Part shown: positions 4,604 through 10,581 of the stretch, in pieces
How the letters are laid out: each line of letters starts with the position of its first letter
Numbering within the stretch: position 1 is the stretch's first letter
Source of the DNA: a virus
Virus genome (UHGV): UHGV-0266139
DNA: 10,581 bases
Strand: one strand, 5' to 3'
Translations under genes and position numbers: made by a program
The notes under the pieces: generated by a model
Database searches by the model: none
The model's input: the letters and a program-made list of their open reading frames with translations, nothing else
Told to the model about the DNA's origin: nothing

Positions 4604-5437
4604 ATGAATACTGTTACTACTATGAATACTGCTGTTAAAACTGCTTCTGTGTCTCTGGTTGTTGATAACACCAAACCGCTGACCATGTCTTCTCGTCAGA
4701 TTGCTGAATTTACCGGAAAAGAACACCACAAAGTTAAAGTTGATATAACTAAGATGTTGAATGCTCTAGGTTATGAAGATCACGCGAAGTTTCGCGTCAT
4801 CTATTTTGACCAATACGGACGCGAACAAAACGAATATCAACTAGACGAAGAAATGACTCTGACTCTTGTCACTGGTTACGATGTTAAGCGTCGAATGGTT
4901 GTTATTCAGGAATGGAAACGACTGAAAGAAGAAAATGAAAAACTGCGTTCTCAGCAAGTCAACCCATACGCAAACATGACTAAGCTCGATTGGATTCGTG
5001 AGGCAATGGAATTGGAAGCCGCAAACGAACAACTGATTCAAGAAAAAGAACAATTAGTTGATCTTCATATCCGTAAAGCTATTGATGCACACAGTCTTAG
5101 CCGCTTATTAGGCGAAAAACGAGGCTCTACGAAGGTACAAATGATTCTGAAAGGTTTATGTGCTGCTGGTGTTCTTGAGCGTCGTCTGGATGCTTCTGGT
5201 AAGCCTAAAGGCTATGATCTGCTTCCTCCTGGCTATATGTTCGCTCGTATGTCGGCACACGGTCAGATCGAGTTCACTGCTGATGCTATCCCGCATCTCG
5301 TAAAACTCGGATTGCTTGAAGAAGAAAAGGCCGCAACTTTGAAATTGCCACAGCCGAACAACTCACGAGCAATTGTCAATAACACTGCTTTGCTGATTCG
5401 TCAGAATGTTGGATCGCTAGAACACTTCGGACTGTAA
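4604..5437 (+). CDS. Rha-family phage regulatory protein (N-terminal Rha-like domain), 277 aa, with coiled-coil middle and C-terminal domain of unknown function
   Basis: ATG at 4604 with GGGGG 8 nt upstream. N-terminal SSRQIAEFTGKEHHKV...TLTLVTGYDVKRRMVVIQEW matches my recollection of the Rha domain pattern (VAE.FGK.H..V..DI, L.VMGFTG), not a database hit. A 13-bp tandem duplication ACTATGAATACTG (4601-4613, 4619-4631) gives MNTVTTMNTAV. Confidence 0.75.
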   Translation: MNTVTTMNTAVKTASVSLVVDNTKPLTMSSRQIAEFTGKEHHKVKVDITKMLNALGYEDHAKFRVIYFDQYGREQNEYQLDEEMTLTLVTGYDVKRRMVVIQEWKRLKEENEKLRSQQVNPYANMTKLDWIREAMELEAANEQLIQEKEQLVDLHIRKAIDAHSLSRLLGEKRGSTKVQMILKGLCAAGVLERRLDASGKPKGYDLLPPGYMFARMSAHGQIEFTADAIPHLVKLGLLEEEKAATLKLPQPNNSRAIVNNTALLIRQNVGSLEHFGL

Positions 5438-5445
5438 TAATTTTT

Positions 5446-5470
5446 GCCCCTGAATTTCAGGGGCTTTTTT
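5446..5470 (+). terminator. Strong intrinsic terminator: GCCCCTG (5446-5452) / CAGGGGC (5458-5464), T6 run (5465-5470); built on a copy of the GCCCCTGAA repeat
   Basis: Perfect GC-rich stem followed directly by TTTTTT, 9 nt after the Rha-like stop codon. Confidence 0.75.
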
Positions 5471-5473
5471 GTA

Positions 5474-5509
5474 TCTGTAGATGCGCTGAACTTTAAGCGC
5501 ATCTACAGA
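5474..5509. promoter_or_regulatory. Perfect 13-bp inverted repeat TCTGTAGATGCGC-N10-GCGCATCTACAGA, followed by palindrome GATGCATC (5514-5521)
   Basis: Seen directly; lies in the intergenic gap between the Rha terminator and the minus-strand cassette; candidate protein-binding site or second hairpin. Confidence 0.4.
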
Positions 5510-5587
5510 TTTGGATGCATCTATAGATCAGTCAAGATTTGGACTCAGCTTCGAGATGAGCGCAGTTTTGCGCCGATTGTTTTACAT

Positions 5588-5613
5588 ACAAAAAAGCCAC
5601 TCCGAAGAGTGGC
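5588..5613 (-). terminator. Minus-strand intrinsic terminator: GCCACTC (5596-5602) / GAGTGGC (5607-5613) with a run of T on the minus strand (plus-strand A run 5588-5595)
   Basis: On the minus strand the stem has a UUCG loop and is followed by UUUUUUGU; 16 nt past the stop codon of gene 5629..5856. Confidence 0.65.
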
Positions 5614-5628
5614 AAAGAGAATCAAAAC

Positions 5629-5856
5629 TCAAAAACCTGTTGCTTCTACGATCTGACCATCACCGATCTGAACATAGAATTTAATGTCTAACTTCTTCAT
5701 ATTCTTATAGAATTGGGCGATTGAGATCCCATGTTCACTAAGAATCTGTTCTTTCGCTTCCTTACCACGATCCGCTGTATAATAAGCGTAGGCAATATCA
5801 GCCATCTGTTCAGCGTTAAAACGGGCAGGGCGACCGCGAGTAGCTTTAGTAGTCAT
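5629..5856 (-). CDS. Small HTH DNA-binding protein, 75 aa (MTTKATRGRPARFNAEQMADIAYAYY...GISIAQFYKNMKKLDIK...), paralog of 2164..2343
   Basis: Track ORF starts at GTG 5889; ATGs at 5862 and 5856, the latter 9 nt from GGAG. RGRPARF then helix-turn-helix pattern resembles the Hin/resolvase-type DNA-binding domain (GRPR arm plus HTH), from memory. The start could be 5862. Confidence 0.55.
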   Translation of the reverse strand: MTTKATRGRPARFNAEQMADIAYAYYTADRGKEAKEQILSEHGISIAQFYKNMKKLDIKFYVQIGDGQIVEATGF

Positions 5857-5891
5857 AGTCATTTTCTCCAAATTAAAGTGAATGTTCACCT

Positions 5892-6494
5892 TTATTTAGA
5901 GGACTTACATTTTATCGGAAAAAGTTCTCCATCGTCAACCGACATAAAGAACTCTGCCTTAATCCCGTACTTCTTCAACCGTGAATAGTATGTACCCCGA
6001 CTAATATCAACCTTGCGAAGCACTTCGAAGAACTCTTTAGGATTCCTGTAATAATGGCTATAACGCACGTTAGCGAGTTCAACGAATAGTTCCCTTGTAT
6101 CACCATAGCCTTTCTTGAAAGCCTCGTTACGATAGCGTGTAATAGCGTGATTCGATCTCTTCTGTTTAAGCACTTCCCTGATCGGCTTCCACTGCAACCG
6201 ATAGATTGGACCGCCATCCACTCGATAATAACGCTTGATATCAAAATCAAACCATTCACGGACTCGCTGAAACTCTGTCTGTGATGTTCGGTGCTTCTTA
6301 AAGAAGTTATGAATATCGGTATACCCATGATCGCGATACAACTCGATTAAAATCTCTTTCGCTTCCTCACGACTAAAGCCAGATGTTGTGTAGTCGGTTT
6401 TTAAATGCTTATGCTTAACGGGTAAACGATATTCATGATCGGTACAAGACAAGGCTAATTCTAATTCATCTCTTTCTTGCTGATTAATTAGCAT
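5892..6494 (-). CDS. Basic 200-aa protein rich in R/K/Y with a C-terminal HTH module related to the two small HTH proteins; candidate DNA-binding regulator
   Basis: ATG at 6494 with AGGAGG about 4 nt upstream; C-terminal ...[26 protein letters not shown] aligns without gaps to the 75-aa protein (IS, Y, KK, IK). No nuclease motif (GIY-YIG, HNH, LAGLIDADG) seen. Confidence 0.65.
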   Translation of the reverse strand: MLINQQERDELELALSCTDHEYRLPVKHKHLKTDYTTSGFSREEAKEILIELYRDHGYTDIHNFFKKHRTSQTEFQRVREWFDFDIKRYYRVDGGPIYRLQWKPIREVLKQKRSNHAITRYRNEAFKKGYGDTRELFVELANVRYSHYYRNPKEFFEVLRKVDISRGTYYSRLKKYGIKAEFFMSVDDGELFPIKCKSSK

Positions 6495-6581
6495 ACACCC
6501 TCCTTAAATCTTAATACCCGTATTTATCAAAATATCAACAATTTAATAAATACCTTCATATTTCGTAATGAGGGTAATTAC

Positions 6582-8489
6582 ATGAAACTAATTTCTAATA
6601 AGGCCAAATTAAAAAAGATTCTCAGAAATGCAGCCAAATATATTACGCCACCGCCTAAACTCCTTCCATCGGAATGGTGCGAAGCGAATATGGTGCTGGT
6701 AGATGGTCCTCAAGCTGGGGATAAAGTTAAACTGCTGTCATTCCAGAAAGGCATGATTGATGCTCCTTTCCTTGAGAACAAGAAAAAGTATGTTCTGATG
6801 ACCAGTGCGCAGATCGGAAAGACTACCATCCTGAACGGCATCCTGTTTAACCAGATGGCTAACGATCCATGCAATATGATTATCGGACAATCAACCGCTA
6901 AAGAAATGTCTCAATATCTCGCTGGTAAGATCCGACCGTCTATCGAAGCATGTGATGCATTAAAAGACGTGGTTACAGACAAGAATGATCGCAATTCGGT
7001 TAATAACAATAACCAGCTACAGCTCAAAACGAATCACTTCCTGTACATGGTATCGCTTACCAGCCCATCAACCCTACGTGGTAAGACCGCAAAGGTTGGA
7101 TTACTTGACGAAATTGATGCTGCCACAGCCTCAGAAGAAGGTGATCCGGTGGCACTGGCTGCTAACCGTTTAACTACCTTTGGAGATGAAGGTCGATTAG
7201 TCGTATCCAGTACCCCGACCAGTAAGCTGGGAAGCATTAACCAGCAATGGTTATCAAGCGATATGCGTATGTTTTTTGTTCCGTGTCCTCATTGCGGGGA
7301 ACACCAGGTGATCGAGTGGGAAAACGTTCAATTTGAATGGCGTAACATCGATGGTAAGAACTTACCCGATCCTGATACCGCTCGTTATATTTGCCCCCAC
7401 TGTAAGAACGCATGGACAGAAGGGGAACGAATCAGGGCAGTAGCGCAAGGCGAGTGGAGAGCAACCCGTGAAAGTGAAGTAGCAGGATTCTGGATCAGTC
7501 GTCTGTATTCACCTTTCAGCACGATTCGCGCTTGTGTGGTTGATTTTAGTCATGCGTGGCAATCCTTTGATTTACAATCCTTTTTTAACACCGTGTTAGG
7601 CAAGGTATACGATGATCAGGACACGGCAGTAGAAGCAAATGAACTGGAACAACTCAAAACAGATGTTTCTATCGAGAATATCCCTGATGACGTGATTTTC
7701 TTGTGCTCAGGAATTGACCAGCAATTGGACCGCGCAGAATCTACCATCTTAGGTGTAGCGAAAGATAAGGTTTACATTCTGGATCACCGTAGCTTTTACG
7801 ATCATAACTGTGAACGATATGAATCCCCTGTATGGGATCGTCTGATTAACTTCAAGAAAACCAAATTCTATAACGTTAATGGTGAACGTGTGCCAATGCT
7901 CGCCAGCTTCCTTGATACATCGAACGGTCGATTCACTCAAGCCGGATACCGTATTTGCGGCAAGTGGAAGAACCTACACGCTATCAAAGGTAGTTCATCT
8001 GGTAATGCTCCAGTGATTCCGGTTAAACCTACCCGCACAGGTGGTCATGAATTGCTTATGCTGGGTGTTAACGTTGGTAAATCCGCTGTTCGTGAAATGC
8101 TGGTTAGAAACCTGAAAGATAATCCTCATATTGGCTTAGAAATATCAGAAACCGTTCCTGATGATTATCTCGATCAGCTTTTGAGTGAATCCATCAAGCG
8201 TACTACTACTGGCGTGCGTTGGGTGAAAAATCCAGGTAGTACCCGAAACGAGGCTCTCGACTGTCTGGTTTATAGCTATGCTGCTTCTCGCTACGTCCTT
8301 TCAAAAATGTCATGGGATAAACTCATTGCAATGAAAGACAGCTTAAACCGTGTTGTCGAAGAATCCGTAGAAGCTCCTAAATCGCAATCTGACGAGCAAA
8401 TAGAAGAAACTAAGCCAATCACACGACCACAACGTCAAAACATCGCCAGACGTCCAAATAGAGGCCGTAGCTGGGTAACATCGTTCTAA
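6582..8489 (+). CDS. terL: Terminase large subunit, lambda gpA type, 635 aa
   Basis: ATG with GAGGG 7 nt upstream. Walker A-like SAQIGKTT, acidic VGLLDEID, zinc-ribbon CPHCGEHQ...CPHC, and blocks [32 protein letters not shown] match lambda gpA (ACPHCGEEQ, YSPFTTW, AGIDSQLDR, RNEALDCFVYALAA) from memory; size matches (lambda 641 aa). Confidence 0.9.
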   Translation: MKLISNKAKLKKILRNAAKYITPPPKLLPSEWCEANMVLVDGPQAGDKVKLLSFQKGMIDAPFLENKKKYVLMTSAQIGKTTILNGILFNQMANDPCNMIIGQSTAKEMSQYLAGKIRPSIEACDALKDVVTDKNDRNSVNNNNQLQLKTNHFLYMVSLTSPSTLRGKTAKVGLLDEIDAATASEEGDPVALAANRLTTFGDEGRLVVSSTPTSKLGSINQQWLSSDMRMFFVPCPHCGEHQVIEWENVQFEWRNIDGKNLPDPDTARYICPHCKNAWTEGERIRAVAQGEWRATRESEVAGFWISRLYSPFSTIRACVVDFSHAWQSFDLQSFFNTVLGKVYDDQDTAVEANELEQLKTDVSIENIPDDVIFLCSGIDQQLDRAESTILGVAKDKVYILDHRSFYDHNCERYESPVWDRLINFKKTKFYNVNGERVPMLASFLDTSNGRFTQAGYRICGKWKNLHAIKGSSSGNAPVIPVKPTRTGGHELLMLGVNVGKSAVREMLVRNLKDNPHIGLEISETVPDDYLDQLLSESIKRTTTGVRWVKNPGSTRNEALDCLVYSYAASRYVLSKMSWDKLIAMKDSLNRVVEESVEAPKSQSDEQIEETKPITRPQRQNIARRPNRGRSWVTSF

Positions 8490-8495
8490 TAACTC

Positions 8496-8513
8496 GCCGT
8501 CCTTCGGGGCGGC
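8496..8513 (+). other. Stable hairpin GCCGTCC-TTCG-GGGCGGC (one G-U pair) between the terminase and the next gene
   Basis: 7-bp stem with UUCG tetraloop seen directly; no clean T run follows, so likely a partial terminator or mRNA stability element. Confidence 0.35.
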
Positions 8514-8561
8514 TTACTCCTAAATATTGTTAATCCAATAACAATTAAATAAGGGGTAATT

Positions 8562-9056
8562 ATGAGTTTAGAACTAATTCCCTTAGTAATTCGTAAAGGC
8601 GAAAAAATCACGCTGGCGAATGAAGAGGGTGTAACAATTCAGGTAGGAAATAGTAAAGGTATCATTTATCAGGTTGATGATACTCCGGCTAATCACGAGA
8701 TTAAAACCTTAGATTTTGCCGAAGGTAAATATACCATCGTAACCACGTTGGAAGATGAACTGGTATCAATGCAGGAATTAACTGTATTGCCGGTATTCGC
8801 CAAACAATCCAAAAAAGAATATCTGCGGGAAACTATCGCCACAATCGAGCAAGTTATTTTCGCCCGTTTATCTGGGGACGAAGCCGCATTATCTCAAATG
8901 ACAGTGAAAGGGAATACTTTCGCCTATGAGTCATTGGCTGTTCTCCAGCAATTGAAGACTGATTATGAACGTCAGTTATCTAAATTAATTCAAGCCGAAC
9001 GACGTAAACAGGGAATTAGCCCGATTAAAAATATTAAAGTACGTCTTACGCGATAA
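8562..9056 (+). CDS. Head-tail joining protein, gpW-like C-terminal region with an extra N-terminal region of about 95 aa; 164 aa total
   Basis: ATG with AAGGGG 5 nt upstream; stop abuts the portal ribosome-binding site. C-terminal about 65 aa (ARLSGDEAALSQMTVKGNTFAYESLAVLQQLKTDYERQ) resembles lambda gpW (68 aa) in pattern and in position between terminase and portal; the N-terminal region has no lambda counterpart. Confidence 0.55.
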   Translation: MSLELIPLVIRKGEKITLANEEGVTIQVGNSKGIIYQVDDTPANHEIKTLDFAEGKYTIVTTLEDELVSMQELTVLPVFAKQSKKEYLRETIATIEQVIFARLSGDEAALSQMTVKGNTFAYESLAVLQQLKTDYERQLSKLIQAERRKQGISPIKNIKVRLTR

Positions 9057-9066
9057 GGGGTAAATC

Positions 9067-10509
9067 ATGTTTAATCTTTTTCGACGCAAAAAGGCGGTAG
9101 AAACTCCAGTTAAAACTAATCACCGCCAGCAACAACCAAAAATTTTCATCGACAAACAAGTAGAAAAATTCCAGAAAGATTTGTCTAAGCGTTCTTTGGG
9201 CTTGGTCGGTGATCGCATTGATGGATCGCTTCAACAAGATACTATCACAGGAACCTTCAATAAGGCTCTCAAATCGAACGGTAAGCGCCTTTATGATCAG
9301 GGTCGTACTCTGGCCTTAAACACTTCCGTAGGCAGTCGCTACACGCAATACATCACCGATATGGTGGTTGGTACTGGCCTAGATCCGAAGCCGTCAGTTG
9401 TTAAATCAAATGGAAAACTTGATAGCGCACTGAATAAGCAGATCGAGAATGCTTTCTGGAAGTGGGCGCAGAATGCTAAACGCTTCTCTCGTAACGGTCG
9501 CTTTAACTTCCGTGAACTGCTGGTAATGGCTGAACGTGAGCGCGTTATGGGTGGTGAGTGCTTCATAGTTTTAACCAAAGAAAACAATGAGTTAAATGTT
9601 TCTATCCTGTCTGCTGATAAGTGCGACTGGACGCTCAACCGTGAAGTAAGCAAAGAACGTGCTATCTATCAGGGGATAGAGTATGACGTAGAAACAATGC
9701 GCCCTGTTGCATACTGGTTTCGTAAAATCAACCTACTGACTCAGACTTACACAGGTGATAACTATCGCGTAGATGCTTCGCAAGTATGCCATTATTATCA
9801 ACCACTTGCGGCTGAATCTCTGCGTGGTGTGACTGACTTCCTGCCAGTGATCAAGGATATTGCGCATCAAGACGCATTCCGCGAAACCGCGATCATCCAG
9901 AAACGTATTGCAGCTAGCTCTATGGGCTTTATCGAACGTCCGAAAGATTCTGGTGACGATTTTGATACTGGTGAAGAGGATGAACAATATCAAGCGCCGG
10001 AAGTAGTACAGGATTTTGCACCGGGTACTATTCAGGAATTGCCGGAAGGGGCAACGATCAAGAGCATCCAGGCGACGCAAAGCGGTGATGATTTCAATTC
10101 CTTCAATGATGCGATGTTTACTAGCGTATCAATGGGCTTAGGCGTGTTTAAACAGGGCTTGACTGGTGATACTTCCCAGATCAACTACTCAGCCGCGCGT
10201 TTCGGTGAACTACTTCAACGTAACCGTGTTAAATCGCTACAAAACAAATTGATTGAAACAGTGGTATTGCCAATTTTTGAAGCATATCTACGCCATTATT
10301 CCGCGCGTGGTATTGTTCCGATTCGTATTACTGCAATCCCGCATATTATCGATAACACTACTATTATTCGTCCGCGTTTTGAGTCCGTCGATGTTATTAA
10401 AGATGTGAACGCTGATATTGCTTTAATTGATAACGGACTTAGAATCTATCCCAAAAGGATTTTATTCCAGACAATGATGCTGCAAGCAAAATGCAGCATC
10501 GCCTCGTAG
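9067..10509 (+). CDS. Portal protein, lambda gpB type, 480 aa
   Basis: ATG with AAGGGG 6 nt upstream. Blocks FWKWAQNAKRF...NFRELLVMAERERVMGGECFIV and GLGV...YSAAR parallel lambda gpB (AAWKEFAED...TFTMMIREGV...GELFV; GLGVSYEQLSRNYAQMSYSTAR) from memory; correct synteny after terminase and gpW. Confidence 0.85.
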   Translation: MFNLFRRKKAVETPVKTNHRQQQPKIFIDKQVEKFQKDLSKRSLGLVGDRIDGSLQQDTITGTFNKALKSNGKRLYDQGRTLALNTSVGSRYTQYITDMVVGTGLDPKPSVVKSNGKLDSALNKQIENAFWKWAQNAKRFSRNGRFNFRELLVMAERERVMGGECFIVLTKENNELNVSILSADKCDWTLNREVSKERAIYQGIEYDVETMRPVAYWFRKINLLTQTYTGDNYRVDASQVCHYYQPLAAESLRGVTDFLPVIKDIAHQDAFRETAIIQKRIAASSMGFIERPKDSGDDFDTGEEDEQYQAPEVVQDFAPGTIQELPEGATIKSIQATQSGDDFNSFNDAMFTSVSMGLGVFKQGLTGDTSQINYSAARFGELLQRNRVKSLQNKLIETVVLPIFEAYLRHYSARGIVPIRITAIPHIIDNTTIIRPRFESVDVIKDVNADIALIDNGLRIYPKRILFQTMMLQAKCSIAS

Positions 10510-10581
10510 TTTTCGACTTTCTTCTCCCATCGCGTCAGTATGCGGCGAAAGCGATTCATCCAGCTATGTGTTCTTTCCACA
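10491..10581 (+). CDS. 5-prime end of the next gene (MQHRLVVFDFLLPSRQYAAK...), overlapping the portal stop by 19 nt and running off the window; by synteny possibly a head protease or scaffold gene
   Basis: ATG at 10491 in a different frame from the portal, open to the window end; the 19-nt overlap mirrors the lambda B/C overlap. No clear Shine-Dalgarno and no sequence match to lambda gpC, so weak. Confidence 0.3.
   Translation, partial: MQHRLVVFDFLLPSRQYAAKAIHPAMCSFH

Noticed and set aside
4475-5053. Minus-strand ORFs 4475..4729 (84 aa) and 4841..5053 (70 aa)
   Set aside because: Antisense within the Rha-like gene; S/F-rich low-complexity translations without start signals.
5444-5656. 70-aa plus-strand ORF
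   Set aside because: Runs through a terminator, the 13-bp inverted repeat and the minus-strand terminator; intergenic structure, not coding.
720-5889. Longer upstream starts given by the ORF track (1130, 2358, 3757, 5889)
   Set aside because: These are TTG or GTG codons without ribosome-binding sites; downstream ATGs with properly spaced Shine-Dalgarno sequences were preferred, though the longer forms cannot be excluded.
5731-6328. ORFs 5731..5988 (plus, 85 aa) and 5975..6328 (minus, 117 aa)
   Set aside because: Alternative-frame or antisense overlaps of the better-supported 75-aa and 200-aa minus-strand genes.
6985-7940. Short ORFs inside the terminase gene (6985..7173, 7034..7237, 7749..7940)
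   Set aside because: Embedded in or antisense to a clearly coding, motif-bearing terminase frame.
9046-10080. Minus-strand ORFs inside the portal gene (9046..9237, 9339..9653, 9733..10080)
   Set aside because: Antisense to the portal coding frame; no independent support.
1-10581. Integrated prophage boundaries or att sites, integrase
   Set aside because: No integrase, tRNA or host-like flanking genes in the window; nothing in the sequence lets me decide between a free phage genome and a prophage.

Overview
AT-rich, phage-derived segment (phage or prophage; no integrase, tRNA or CRISPR seen) in three blocks. Left (1-2360): a small plus-strand unit encoding two short hydrophobic peptides, bounded by intrinsic terminators, then a leftward operon (59-aa HTH protein, 320-aa protein with internal repeat and coiled coil, 113-aa coiled-coil protein). 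Centre (2360-3786): about 1.4 kb with no convincing ORF, containing operator-like inverted repeats, an array of about nine phased TTTTTGCCCCTGAAA direct repeats, and a CTAG-rich repeat module flanking a GC-rich core; candidate cos/pac or origin plus divergent control region. Right (3787-end): rightward operon of a very acidic 152-aa protein, a 48-aa basic peptide and a Rha-family protein, then a minus-strand two-gene cassette of HTH proteins with its own terminator, then a lambda-type packaging module (terminase large subunit, gpW-like protein with N-terminal extension, portal, start of next gene). No small terminase was recognised. The most interesting candidates for an undescribed system are the acidic protein (possible DNA mimic), the minus-strand cassette inserted before the terminase, and the repeat-rich centre. 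All assignments come from reading motifs by eye and from recalled family sequences; no database search or computation was run, and coordinates of small elements were hand-counted.
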